DNA of 63,626 nt, the filler included, from Nemertoderma westbladi (Eukaryota; Animalia; Xenacoelomorpha): NCBI GenBank assembly GCA_032718475.1. It is 4 parts of 4 records of this genome, joined end to end, with 100 filler letters (N's around TTAATTAATTAA, not from the genome) between each part and the next. Parts side by side here need not be neighbours in the genome. Positions count along the whole stretch, not along the records: positions 16,628 to 42,591 come from JAUCBJ010005352.1; positions 42,692 to 56,609 come from JAUCBJ010003684.1; 2 more parts are not named here. The stretch is one strand, 5' to 3'. The position numbers were made by a program, and so were the translations under genes. Below the pieces are notes generated by a model. The model searched no databases, was not told where the DNA came from, and saw only the letters and a list, made by a program, of their open reading frames with translations. Below are positions 37,995-50,744 of the stretch, one piece after another (the stretch's first letter is position 1; every line of letters starts with the position of its first letter).

Positions 37995-40324
37995 TAGACG
38001 AATGTCAATGAGTTATCAAGGCAGTACAATGACATTCTATCGTCCCTCTACGAACTTCACGCACCACTTGTTGAAAAGTGCACGAAATCTCAGCCCATGG
38101 CAAAGTGGTACAATAATTCAATAATGGAGGCTAAAAGGAAGCGAAGGAGACTCGAGCGCCGGTATTGAAAGACTCAACTTCAGATAGACTGTGATGCTTA
38201 CAGGCAACAATGTAATGTCGTGGCACAGCTATTAATATCAACAAAAGAGAAATTCTACAGGGGTATTATTGATTCAAACATTGGTGATAATAGAAAGCTC
38301 TTCTCAGTGGTTGACAAAATTCTTCACCGTAAAAGTAATGTCCTACCGACTCATGACTCTGCATATGAGTTAGCTGACAGGTTTGCAGTCTACTTCGACA
38401 AAAAGATTGAAAATATTCGCGATGAAATGCTGGGTGTTGATATCGAACTTCGACAAAATCTGCCAAATCAGACTATGAACTGCGGAAGTGCTGAATCTGA
38501 GGTTGGGGCCAAGGTAGCCCCTGATGATGAGTATTGTAGCCCAACTGACTCTCAATTCTCTTTTTCAGTACCAAAACTTGATCACTTCGAGGAAATATCA
38601 ACTGATGATGTTGCCAACCTTATCAAAGATTCAAAACCCAAATCCAGTCCCCGTGATCCACTCCCTACACATATTGTGAAGCAATACCTTACAACTCTCT
38701 TAAGTGTCATTACAATGATAATTAATTTATCACTCACAACTGCTACATTCCCATCATTATTTAAAGAAGCTGTGCTCAATCCCATTATCAAGAAGCTACG
38801 CCTTGACCCCGAGATACTGAAAAACTTTAGACCTGTTTCAAACCTCTTGTTCATTTCGAAGTTAGTTGAAAAAGCTGTTGCAAACCAACTGATGCTCCAT
38901 CTGAACTTACATAATCTACACGAGCCTATGCAAAGTGCCTATAGACCATTCCATGGAACCGAAACTGCACTCCTTAGGGTCAGCGATGAGATTCTGAGGG
39001 GAATTGATGATGGTTGTGCAGTACTGTTAATAATGCTCGATCTCAGTGCTGCATTTGATACTGTCGAACACAGTATCTTATTAAATACTCTGGAACATGA
39101 GATCGGCATTGCAGGGACAGCACTAGATTGGTTTCGATCCTACTTGTTGGGCCGCTCACAACAAGTACGCATTAACAACTCATATTCTCAACCTCAGCAA
39201 TTAAGATACGGCCTCCCACAAGGATCAGTACTTGGCCCAATACTATTTACTATTTATACACGTTCACTCGCAAATGTGATAAGGAAATACGGACTGTCCC
39301 TACATCTCTACGCAGATGATACTCAAATATACATAACATTTAAGAAATCAAACCTGAATGATGCAGTGGATATCACTGAAAAGTGCCTTTCCGAAGTTCG
39401 AGCATGGATGGACTCACATCTTTTAAAGATGAACTCAGATAAGACTAAAGTGGTCATGCTGCAGTCGCAATTCGGTAAACAAGTTGAATCCCCGCACGTG
39501 ATAATCGGTTCCGAGACTATTGGTTGTAGCGCAACTGCGCGTAATATCGGTGTTGAAATCGATTCTCATCTGACACTCCGCAAGCACATTGGAATTACTG
39601 TCAGAGAAGCATTCTATCACCTCAGGAATCTTGGAAAAATTAAGCGCTATTTATCCAAAGATAATCTTGAGATTTTGATTCATGCGCTTGTCACAAGTAA
39701 ATTGGACAACTGCAACTCCCTTTATTACGGTCTTCCGACTGATTCCATTAAAAAGCTACAATATGTGCAGAACTGTGCGGCGCGTCTTTTAGTTGGTCTC
39801 AAGAAAAGTGACAGGCAACGAATGACCCCTGTACTAATGCGACTACATTGGCTTCCAGTGCAACGTCGGATAGACTATAAAATTGCTATGATTACCTACA
39901 AGTGTCTGAATGGAACAGCACCAGTATATCTGCGAGATCTACTGTCACCCTACACGCCCTCCCGGTCACTGAAGTCATCCCACTACGAACTGCTGGTGAT
40001 CCCTAGATTCAACATGGTGCACTATGGGAGGCGCGCTTTCTCAGTTGCTGCCCCGACTATTTGGAACAAACTGCCAATCAACGTTCGACAATCACCAACC
40101 ATCGCGGTTTTTAAGTCGAGGCTAAAAACACACTACTTCCACCTGGAGTACGAGTAAATCTGCATAATCATGTTCTCAATGTCATCAATGTCCGTTTTTA
40201 ATTAAACTGTTTTTATCTAATTTTTTAGCAATCCTACATTTTAACAGTGCCATGCGCCTTGCTCTTAATTTAGGAAAGGCGCTATATAAATATTTTAATT
40301 ATTATTATTATTATTATTATTATT
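37995..40324 (+). mobile_element. 5'-truncated L2/CR1-group LINE
   Basis: RT ORF, 3' GCGCC..GGCGC stem-loop (40254-40282) and (ATT)n tail. Confidence 0.92.
38220..40157 (+). pseudogene. L2-type reverse transcriptase ORF remnant (645 aa open, APE missing)
   Basis: NFRPVSNL, QSAYRPFHGTETAL, LDLSAAFDTV, GLPQGSVLGP, YADDTQ, LHWLPV, RAFSVAAPTIWNKLP; an in-frame stop lies just upstream. Confidence 0.93.
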
Positions 40325-40835
40325 AATAAAATTTAATATTATTTATAACAAACCTAAAAATTAGCATAAATTTGCAGCGCCACCTAGCGATGCAGAATTA
40401 TTTTCACAAAATTTCGCCTGATAGTAATGTTGTAATAAAAACACTTTCATGTGATTAGATTGAAAACTGTAAAAGCCTTAGGGTTTAAGCGCAACCAAGT
40501 TTTTTTTATTGTAACTAGTATTAACTAATATTAAATAGCGAAAAATGAAATTTTTCTGGCCTAACATGTAGAATAGCATCTTAGGTAGGCCTACCTATTT
40601 TCCAAATATTATAGCCAAAACCAAACAATTTTGAAACGCTGAGAGTGATAAATCGAAGTGTATGGGTATTGTGTATATGGGGGTCGTGTCATTGAATTGC
40701 GACATAATATTCCGGAGGTATGGTATATCTGTATACACCATGTTCTGTTGTGATGGACTGTAATAAACTACGCGTAGTGTATTTATAATAGACTATATAA
40801 CGTGGCGATAACATACTGCAATAATTAATAGCCAA

Positions 40836-41802
40836 CCGGTGTAACAGTAAAATATGCCCCCCCCCCCCCCCCCGGGAAAATGTGCCCGTGGGGCAATTTC
40901 CTACGAAAAATGACCCCTCATAGGAAATTATGCCCCCCCCCCCCCCCCCCCCCTGAATTACACTATTTCATTGTAGTTTACTGTCTGACTCTGAGATTGC
41001 CATTGAACAGTATGCACAACTGAACCCAGCCTATGAAAGAGACCCCACACCAACACCAACCATTTCTTTGGGTGACCGTTGTATGAAACACTTTCAAAAT
41101 AAAAAGTGCCTACCGCTTATTTTATGAAACACTTTCTACAATTTTTTTCAGAAACAGTTAATTATTTTTCACAAATAAAGTAATACCGGTAACACACGTC
41201 ATAAACCAATTGAAGGAAAGGAGCAGGTTACAGAGGCAGGCTTTTCTAACCAAAACAATAAACGGCCACTTTACCAATTGAGGGAAAGAAGCAGGTTACG
41301 GAGGCGGCTTTTCTAAGCAAAACAATATACGATCATATCAAGTGAGGGTCACTCTATAACCAAAAAAAATCAGGCGGTCAAGCACTACGTACCGGTCTGC
41401 CGGTACGCAGCTGTAGAATGACAATTATCATGGTTGAAACTGTCGGTCCCCAAAGTAACAAGACTCCTGCTGTCCTGTTCAGCTGTTCTACTGTACATTC
41501 CGTACCTCAGTATACCTTCCTATCTACTGTACTATCCTATCCTACCGAACTATAGGCCAAACCAGTTGGCAGATTGGAAAGAAGCTACCAGCAGACCGGT
41601 ATCGTACCAGTTTCGTTTCCTGTCTTTTGAGGGGGCTAACATTTCCTGAGGGGGGTATTATTTACTAAGGAGAAAATGCCACCCCGCCCCCCTCGGGCTA
41701 AATTTCTTAGGAAAAATTGCACGGGGGGACATAATTTCCTAGGGGATATGCCCCGGGGGGCAGATTCTAGGGGGGAAGGGGCACATTTCCCTGTGACACC
41801 GG
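40836..41802. mobile_element. Non-autonomous DNA element with CCGG termini and subterminal repeats
   Basis: TIR CCGGTGTAACAG / CTGTGACACCGG; C-rich and G-rich subterminal repeats; no convincing TSD. Confidence 0.75.
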
Positions 41803-42591
41803 CATAGCGACAGTAATATACTGTACTTTCACTTTTATCTTACCGGTTCGCATATTTCCAATTGTGGTGTCGTTTCAGCCTATGGAAGTACTGTATTTCT
41901 GGGATTCTACGTACAGTAATTGGATGTTCCTTAAATAAGCTCACCTCATTGGCTAACACTCTCCCATAGCCAAAAGGTGTGTCGCTTTGGCCTAATTGCC
42001 AGAAGGGGTGTCTGTTAGTGAAAATCACTATTATTACTTGTAAATTTTACGTAGGCCTGCCTACTCCTTACGTATTAAACTGGTAATTCACAATTATTTT
42101 GTCTAGTTCACTAATGTTTGGGTTATTTATTTGTTTGGGTTACCTGGACCATTCATTGGGTTTAGTTAATTAACATAAATACTACTACCATATACTGTAC
42201 ATACTAACAAATATACAAATATAATTAATTCACAAATACATTTGCGCGTGCCACATACTGTAGTAGGCGAAGCATTTGTACAGTAAACTGGCAGTGTTGT
42301 GGGGGGGGGGTCATTTAAAGGGAAATACAGTAGGCTACTTGCCATTAGTTTTTGTCGCGTAAGCCTACAGGCTTATTATTATTAAAACATACAAAAATAT
42401 AGCAAATAATTAAAATAACATATAGAATCTAACAATTAATAACTGAATCAGATTCTCCATCATCGTTTACCCGAGATAGTGAGATTATATAACTAACTGT
42501 AGGCCTACAGTAGCAATTACAGAATTGCTAGTATATTCTGTTACACTGAACGAGCAGTACTCTAAAAAAAAAGTCGCCCAATAAGTTTTAT

Positions 42592-42691
42592 NNNNNNNNN
42601 NNNNNNNNNNNNNNNNNNNNNNNNNNNNNNNNNNNTTAATTAATTAANNNNNNNNNNNNNNNNNNNNNNNNNNNNNNNNNNNNNNNNNNNN
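42592..42691. other. Assembly gap (N run with TTAATTAATTAA linker)
   Basis: 100-nt block. Confidence 0.99.
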
Positions 42692-42699
42692 TATATACC

Positions 42700-43189
42700 T
42701 CATATATCCTATATTATAAAATAGCATCACTAACGTTTAAGTGTTTACACGGGCTGGCTCCGCAATACTTATGCAATCTACTTGTCCCATACATTCCAAT
42801 CCGTGCATTGAGATCAGGCAGTGCTGGGCTACTTACTGTACCCCGGTACAGGATGGAGCACTATGGTAAACGTTCCTTTTCGGTTGCTGCACCAACTATC
42901 TGGAATTCGCTTCCACTATATGTGCGGAATGCCACGACGGTCGAAACGTTTAACTCTCGTCTAAAAACCCACCTGTTTCGATTGGAGTATTCTACAGACT
43001 AATCTGTATTTTAATTTTTTATTTCACTGTTCCACAATTAAGTTTATTCAAAACTTATTTTTACTGTACTAACTATATATATATTTTTAAGATACTATAG
43101 TTGGTTTTTATCATTGCGCCCTGAACAACTTGTACTAACTGATAGGGCGCGTTATAAATAAATATTATTATTATTATTATTATTATTAT
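42700..43189 (+). mobile_element. 3' end of another L2-type LINE
   Basis: FKCLHGLAPQYL..YGKRSFSVAAPTIWNSLP..LKTHLF; GCGCCCT..AGGGCGC hairpin (43116-43150); (ATT)n tail. Confidence 0.9.
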
Positions 43190-43675
43190 TTATATTTGAT
43201 GAGTTTTTAACGGGTCTATATTATGACTAGGACTATACAGTATATATCGACTATTATAGACAGCTCATAGCCTACTATATTACAGGCCATGCCAACGTGC
43301 AGGTCGATTCTGACTTGGCGGCCGACCTTTAATAACCTACCTATACTATTATTGGTGGTGTCATCATCACAAAACCTGATAACTATGCACTAAATACTTT
43401 TTCCGTAGGATGCATGCATACGTTATGAAACTTTAATTAAACTTTATGTCATTTATTACAGTTTGTCTGTTAATCTGCTGGATTATAATTAATTGAAATT
43501 GGTCTTATTTAAAAATCACATCCATTGCTTCCCTAGAATAAAAATTTATTATAAATTTTCTTTGTTAAGCAGCACTTTAAATTTTGGGTGATAACTTTAC
43601 ACTTATGGTGTTACTTTATACCTAGCCTGATAACTTCACACTTAACGTAATTAACTTTACTGTATGGCAATAAAT

Positions 43676-43864
43676 AAAACATATCATTAGCACAACTTGA
43701 TTGCTTTAATTGAAAAACATATCATTAGCACAACTTGATGCTTTAATTGAAAAACATATCATTAGCACAACTTGAATGCTTTAATTGAAAAACATATCAT
43801 TAGCACAACTTGAATGCTTTAATTGAAAAACATATCATTAGCACAACTTGAATGCTTTAATTGA
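43676..43864. repeat. ~38-bp tandem repeat (~5 copies) overlapping the transposase stop codon
   Basis: Unit ATATCATTAGCACAACTTGAATGCTTTAATTGAAAAAC; the copy at 43832-43864 encodes IKAFKLC-stop on the minus strand. Confidence 0.93.
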
Positions 43865-46360
43865 TGTTTCCTTTGAGCTTGTAGGCGTGACTAATACACT
43901 GTAATTATTAAGAAATATGTTGCACAGTCTGGTACAGCACACCTTTGGCACGACTGGGGCGAAATAACTATCCGCAATTGTTTCAAAAATATTGGTTAAA
44001 CTAAAACGACATAGTCTGTGCTTGTTTAAACTAATAAACATGATGTAAGCAAAGAATGTAAACTGGACAAAGGTATCGGATGGTGTAACCAATTTCCCTC
44101 GATTTAGTTCACCAAGAAAGCCGCCAAACTGCATTGCATAAAAGTATGTGTCATCGTCATCATCGTTGGGAATATAACGCTGTATATAACCAGCAACATA
44201 TAGCAAAGCAGACTTTGTGTCGAAGGCCAACTCGTCAACCTCAAGGGCTGACAAGGAATCGAATACTGCAGCGTCCTCTTCAGTTAGCATGAAAGCACAG
44301 TTATCACATTTATGAGATACGCTAGTTGATTGAAAATCTAGAAAATCTTGATCCAATGCAGTTATTAATTTGGTCTTTTGTATTGAGTAATATTGCATTG
44401 CCTGGACTGCAGATATGAAATAAGTACCGCCTGCTGACTGTCGGATCCGTCCAAACGCCTTTTCCAGGGGATCAGTGGTAAACTGACCGGGGAGTACATA
44501 TTGAAAACCATTGTTGAGACAATGGCGAATCAAATGTACAATGCCACGAAATGTATGAGAGATGGCCTTAGCAGTATCAATAGTAAAAGTATGACAGCGA
44601 AGGTTGCCATTTTTGCAATCCATTGAGTCGATTTGGTTAGCCAGCATCAGTAACGCGGAGAGTCGTGGGTCATTTGAGTCGGTAAATGGTTGGCGCAGTG
44701 GGTCGTTTAAGTGCTGGTCTTCACTGCGACTGCGAATGTTAAGTATCTTAAATGCGCGAACGAACTTCTCAATGAAAGTTGCGGTTTCTTTATCATCATC
44801 AGTAGGATCAACGTGAGTACGAAGAGCAACAACAGTTTCATCACAAAACACACGGAGCATAGCAGAAACATCCTGTCTTTCAATAGACTTTGGGTACACT
44901 GCCTTCTGTGTCAATCGATGGGCAATCTTTATTGATGATGCCTTTTCTCGTTCAAAGAGACTTTCAATACAGGACCATTTCGCTACACATCCATCAAATT
45001 CGATAGTTTTCGATTTTTCTGTGATCCAGTTATTGCGAATACATTTGAACAAATGTATAAAGTCATAAATTAGAAAGGTACCATTCTGGGTAAGCCAGGG
45101 TTCATTTCTTACTGTCTGGTGCAAAGAAAAAAATTTTCTATTAACTTTCAAGTTATCGCAAATGATGCACAATATCTCCCCTCCAGATGTTATGATGTCA
45201 CTGGATATTTCATAAACTATTTGTTGCTGAAAGTTTGCATTCAATTTAAGAATGGGTACCATCTTATTAAGAAATGTAGGCCCACCATATAGACACTTTA
45301 TCATCAGCCCCAATATAGTACGAGCCAATTGTCCTGGGGAATTAGCAGCCTCTCCAAATAGTTCTCCACCTACATATCTCACTGCAGCTTTAACATAAAT
45401 TTCAACGAGAAGAATTATACAACGACGTTGCTCGATTGGAAGTTTGTTAAAAACGCTAAATAAAAACATAGAGTCATCAGCATGTGAGACGGAAGATGTG
45501 ATTCGTTGTAAAGTTCGCACACCTGGCAGTTTAAAATCTTCTCTAAGTTTACGGTATAAGCAACGGCTGGTGGCATAATACTCGAAAGCTCGAACCAATG
45601 TTTCAGGATCCCAGCGCTTATCTCCCGCAGAAACTGGAGCCATGCACGTCAAATGTTCGTGTAGAATCTCGACTTTGTGAGAAGCTTCACAGTTAGAAAG
45701 GTACCTAATAATATTTTCAATAATTGACCACCGCGAAGCAATAATTATACGATTAGTAACACATAATGGAACTGATATTCTGACTCCATAACTGTAGCAT
45801 TCGAACTGCAGCGATGTCTTTATCTTCATCATAAATTTTGGCGACGAACCGATAAGTTCAGACGATTGCAATATAGTTGTCATATTATCCCCATTACATC
45901 CATCAGCATCATTGCACTCATAGACGATAAGATTTTGGAAACAGTTAAGTTTATCAGAAGCTGTTGATCGAATTAATCCATAAGTCACAATATCCCCCTG
46001 CAGAAACTGGGGTAACTCGTCCGGCTGTAATGATCGCATAGATGCAACGAGTTTACGGTTGCGGGGACGGTTGTTAGCGTGGGTGGGCGTACAACTTGGA
46101 GCGATGTTTGGCCACACAGACGGTGGATCTGCTGGAATCATTTTAATTGAGCGATAAGCACGGCGCTTTTCATAGTTTTCAGGCCAGTGGAGTTCACAAA
46201 CAACGGTTTGTTTAGTCACATGCAAATTAGCACGCACTTTTGATAATACGGAAATCCATGACGATCTATAAGGCTCCTCCCCTGGAATACGGAAAACGCT
46301 GCATGGGGTGGCGTTTTTATAGTTTGACCGACACTCTGGCACGCAGCACTTCCGAGGCAT
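43838..46360 (-). CDS. THAP-domain P-element-like transposase, ~840 aa, intronless; first catalytic Asp apparently substituted
   Basis: THAP C2CH (MPRKCCVPEC..FRIP..W..VCELHW); ICDN, YDFIHLFKCIRNNW and TTDPLEKAFGRIRQ motifs; ATG at 46360 preferred over the TTG at 46372. Confidence 0.92.
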   Translation of the reverse strand: MPRKCCVPECRSNYKNATPCSVFRIPGEEPYRSSWISVLSKVRANLHVTKQTVVCELHWPENYEKRRAYRSIKMIPADPPSVWPNIAPSCTPTHANNRPRNRKLVASMRSLQPDELPQFLQGDIVTYGLIRSTASDKLNCFQNLIVYECNDADGCNGDNMTTILQSSELIGSSPKFMMKIKTSLQFECYSYGVRISVPLCVTNRIIIASRWSIIENIIRYLSNCEASHKVEILHEHLTCMAPVSAGDKRWDPETLVRAFEYYATSRCLYRKLREDFKLPGVRTLQRITSSVSHADDSMFLFSVFNKLPIEQRRCIILLVEIYVKAAVRYVGGELFGEAANSPGQLARTILGLMIKCLYGGPTFLNKMVPILKLNANFQQQIVYEISSDIITSGGEILCIICDNLKVNRKFFSLHQTVRNEPWLTQNGTFLIYDFIHLFKCIRNNWITEKSKTIEFDGCVAKWSCIESLFEREKASSIKIAHRLTQKAVYPKSIERQDVSAMLRVFCDETVVALRTHVDPTDDDKETATFIEKFVRAFKILNIRSRSEDQHLNDPLRQPFTDSNDPRLSALLMLANQIDSMDCKNGNLRCHTFTIDTAKAISHTFRGIVHLIRHCLNNGFQYVLPGQFTTDPLEKAFGRIRQSAGGTYFISAVQAMQYYSIQKTKLITALDQDFLDFQSTSVSHKCDNCAFMLTEEDAAVFDSLSALEVDELAFDTKSALLYVAGYIQRYIPNDDDDDTYFYAMQFGGFLGELNRGKLVTPSDTFVQFTFFAYIMFISLNKHRLCRFSLTNIFETIADSYFAPVVPKVCCTRLCNIFLNNYSVLVTPTSSKETSIKAFKLC

Positions 46361-47438
46361 ATCGATATCCAAGCACCAAGTAGGCCTAATACCTGGATGT
46401 TTTAATTAGTTCTAAATTTTAGCGCTGGCGCTGCACATCTTTGCGATGGCTTCCACTTCCAACGCCAGTCGTAATGCTGCGTCGAAGACTTTCGGCGCAA
46501 AGGCACAAGTAGCCTAAAACTTATCTAAAACTTCTCAAAAGGGAGTACCAGTACAGTACATACAAGTACTGAAGTAAGACATGGAACACACCTACTGACC
46601 TAGGTCTGTACAGCTGTAGGTAGTGTAGGCTCCAATGCTGAATTCAGGTATTGCTGTCTGGCTGTAGGCCTACTGGCTGATTGCGGAGTCTGGTTCCAAG
46701 TCCAACTCGGCCGCCAAGTCAGAATTGTATCTGCACGTTGGCACGGCCTGTAATATAGTAGGCTATGAGACAGCTACTACAACTAACTAACTATATAGTC
46801 GGTACATAAACAGTGTTGGCTTTTAAAATACTGAAAGTTTTTTTTGATAGGCTACCGTACCACGACAGGTAACTGATAGGCCTAACAGAAATACCTTACG
46901 GTACAAACCAATCCAGTGTACCAGTGACTCGTTGTAACACCTTAATACTGTCTTTAATACTTAATAATAATCCCAACCCAACCAGTAACGCTGATACTCA
47001 AAACTAAAAGAATACTGAGTGATTACTGCAGCTACCGGTACCGGTACCTGAGCCTATTCATTTCGTACATTTTAAATTAGGTAGTTTATATCCTTATTAG
47101 CGGTATTATTTTATTTAGGATATCCTTTTGTCATCATTCTTGATTTGCAGTAGGGAGGCCTATCCACATACCGGTACTCATTGTAATTATTGTTCAGTTC
47201 ATGATTAGACACTTTAGCCTAATCATTAGACCAATCACACCTAAGATAACCAGGACACTCTACATACCGTATTGAAGCAAAGTACCCATGCATGAAACAT
47301 CACAGTAAACCTATAACATGTTCATGTGCAAACATTAAACATTCACTAACTAACAGAACTGACGGAGTAATACGGAATAGCATGGTGTATTCTATTCCAT
47401 TGTATTGGTTGTTCAAAGTTTTGAATTCTAGTCTGTGT

Positions 47439-47832
47439 TGGGCTGTCCACCATGCTCATTCACTCCGTGAGACTGCCAAAGCATAATATTTCGCACTGAC
47501 TCGTCCTCAAGGCGCAAGCAATGTCCTGTGTAGAGGTGGCTGCTCCGTTAAGTGTCAAGCTAGGGGAGACTAATGAAACACCTCCAATGTTGTATAGAGT
47601 CTGGTTGGAGATGTGCTCATTGTACTTTACACAATGAACCCGGCGTAGCATTCTTGAATAAGCTCCATCCCGAGATATGGTGTCCTACACAGTTTCAGCC
47701 CAGCATGGACTCCCATATAAGAGTAGTGGTACTACTGCTGCCATAAATAATAGAATCTTGAGATTCCGTTTTATTCCAAGGGACTTCCATATCCTGCACA
47801 GACTATAAAATGCTGCCTATGTCTTCCCCTTA
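47439..47832 (-). mobile_element. Older RTE relative, 3' piece (interrupted by the young copy)
   Basis: Diverged match to the RTE 3' region (MLRRVHCVKYNEHISNQTLY); continues at 50745. Confidence 0.85.
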
Positions 47833-50744
47833 CTGCTAGGATCGGCATGCTGCTTTGCAGCTGCATTTTTAAGAATGCTGTGCCGGCTTGTCAACAAAAT
47901 TGCACCGCCACAACTCCCTATCACCCATGACATTTGCTAGATCATCCGCATCTTTAAGGCCAGTGTCCTTTAAGATGCGTCTCAAGAAAGTCATGGGCTG
48001 TCCACCATGCTTATTCACTCCATGAGGCTGCCAAAGTACAAGATTATGCACTGGCTGGTCCTCACGGCGAAAGCAATGTCCTGCAAAGCGGAGGCGATTT
48101 TGTTCTAGTGTCAAGCTTGGGGGAACCAATGAGACACCACAATGTTATATAGTGTCTGGTTGGAGATTTGTGCATTGTACTTGACACAATGAACCCGGCG
48201 TAGCATTCTTGTGAATGTGCCATCCAGAGATTTGGTGTCCTCAGCAGTTAGAGCCCAGCATGGACTCCCGTAGAGGAGTACTGGAACTACTGCTGCTCTA
48301 AATAATTGGACCTTAAGTTTCCGATTAATTCTCGGTGACTTCCAAATCCTGGAAAGCCTATTCAAGGCTGCCCATGCCTTTCCCTTACGTATTCGAAGGT
48401 CCTCACCTGACTTCCGGATCCATGATCCCAGGTAACAGAAGTCGTCCACATGCTCAAGCATACCATCCTTTGAGCTTATGCTCATCCGATCAGAGACTTG
48501 CTGAGGACTTTCAAAGTTAACGGTCAGAATTTTGGTCTTTCTGGTGTTAATAAAAAGACCAACACTAGAAGCAGCATGTTCTAATGAGCTGAGGAGCCGT
48601 TGGGCTCCCCCTCTAATGATTCTGAGAGTACTCCTAAGTCATCAGCAAAGTCTAGATCAGTTAGATACTTGGCAGGATTTCCTCGACTACTGGAGCCAGT
48701 AGGTGGAGTTATCATCACCCCATCATCATTATGATGATCTAAGGACATGCGTAGAACATAGTCAACCACAATAATGAACAAGAATGGTGCAAGTGTGTCT
48801 CCTTGGAGGACGCCCCATAACACTTCAAATGGTTCTGTGTCACCATCTACAGTAGACACAAATGTTGTCGAACCATCGTATACTGATCTGATTGCTGCAA
48901 TAATTTCATCAGGAATCCCATATAATGAAAGTATGCTGAACATACGTGAGCGAGAGACTGAATCAAAGGCCTTGAAGAAGTCAACAAAGATAACAGCCAG
49001 ATGCCGGTCTTTCTTTTTTGATAACTCTTCAATTATCCTTCTAAGTGCCAAAATGGGCTCCATGGTCCCACGACCTTTACGGAACCCATTCTGATTTCCA
49101 CGTAGCAGTCTCTCAATGGGATCCCTGATGCGATTTAATAGAATTCTATTGTATAGTTTTGCAGCAATCGAGATCAATGAGATTCCCCGAAAAGAACCAT
49201 AGAGTGTTAGGTTGCCCTTCTTGGGAACTGGCACCAACTTATTTGTTTTCATTTCTTGTGGGACTCTTGTTGTACGGTACATGTCTACTATGATGGGATA
49301 GATGAGCTTTAAACACTCAGGTATTTTAAAGACCTCAGGGGGAACACCATCTACTCCACTGGCACGATTGGTCTTAATGATCTTTGCAGCAGCCTTCACT
49401 TCTGCAAAGGAGGTATCGCCAATGGGAATATCTGGGAGTACAGACTCAGACACTTTTACTTCTATAAAGTTATCCGGCAATACCCTGTCATTATTGAGGA
49501 GCTTTTCAAAGTGGGCTTTCCAACCATTGAGGCGATCGGCTGGTGATTCAGCCTTAACCTTGGTGGTTGGTTGGCTTTTCCGCCCAGTAAGCAGATTGAT
49601 TGATTTCCATGCCTGGGATGATTGCCTGCTGTCGTCAGCATCATTGATGGCATCAACCTGTTGGTTTATTAGCTCCTGTAGATTAACAGAGTACTGCCTG
49701 TTCAGGGACCTAGATGCAGCCTTAACTGCATTCTTGGCCGCTGTAGTCTGTTTGAGTCAGACTCTTTCTGCGCCTTATGAAGGTCATTTCGGCACTTCTG
49801 AATTTTGTTGTCAGTCCAGGGGGCCCTTTTCCTGTTTCGAGGGTATACAGGAACTGTTTCTGCAGCTGCTAACTTAACTGCTTCTGTAAAGGCAGTATAG
49901 CCCTCACAGTGATCTGCCGCCTCAGAGGCAAGAGCCTCATACCTGTTGCTCAGCTGTAGTGTGAAGCTGGATCTCACACTTGGCTGTTGCAAAAGAGAGG
50001 ACCAGTCATGAAGCGGCAAGGCAGATTTCGTTGTTCTGCTAGCACGCAGACTAAGTCTTACCTTGGCCACAATAAGGCGGTGATCACTGGAGAAGGGTCG
50101 AAGTGTAAATGCATTACAGTCTTGTATAGAGCTCCTGTATTTCCTACGAAACAGAATATGGTCTATCTGGGACTTGTGACCACTGGGTCCACTATGAGTC
50201 CATAGCTTTCCAGTTCGCATCTTGAACTGGGTTCCAGCCGAAAACAATCCATTTCCAGAGATAAAGTCCTGAAGATGGACAGAATTTCGGTTAACACTAT
50301 TGCTATAGACCCAGGGCGATGTAGGTGATTGATGCAGACTTGCATTAAAGTCTCCCAGGAATGTTAAGAATGCATGCTGATCCACTCCATCAGTAGCTGC
50401 TTGTAGATTGTGGTAGAAATTTTCCACCTCCTCTACAGGGGCAACACTAGTTGGAGAGTAGCACACAATCAGAACCACCTTAGGAAACTTCTTTGCCAGT
50501 CTTCCAGAACATGAGAAGTGGCAACGGATGATGCGGTTAGAGATTTGGTCTATTTTGTCCAATGCTGCATGTGCAGTTGGATTCATCAATAGACCAATTC
50601 CACCATTGCCACTATCATCTGCTGACGCGAGGGCAAGTCGCCAACCACCCCCCATGTCCTTAATCATCAGAACCTCATCAGTTTGTCCAGTCTGCATTCG
50701 GTGCTCTTGAACACCCACTGCGCTAAGAGAAAGCTTATCTGCCA
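47833..50744 (-). mobile_element. 5'-truncated young RTE LINE (APE + RT, frameshifted) with ~13-bp TSD
   Basis: ORFs 49702-50745 (VQEHR, GDFNA, IDHIL, SDHRL), 48581-49480 (GVLQGDTLAP, FADD) and 47869-48485; TSD T(G/A)TCTTCCCCTTA at 47820-47832 and 50745-50757. Confidence 0.95.

Larger units (their letters stand above)
43266..46767 (-). mobile_element. Structurally complete P-element-superfamily (THAP9-like) DNA transposon, 3.5 kb
   Basis: ~60-bp TIRs (43266-43325, 46707-46767) with CA...TG ends; perfect 8-bp TSD AGACAGCT on both sides; single transposase ORF. Confidence 0.96.

Noticed and set aside
37612-40584. Kolobok-like element hosting the L2 insertion
   Set aside because: Terminal similarity is limited to TAGGCCA/TGGCCTA and TTAAG/CTTAG, too weak to call
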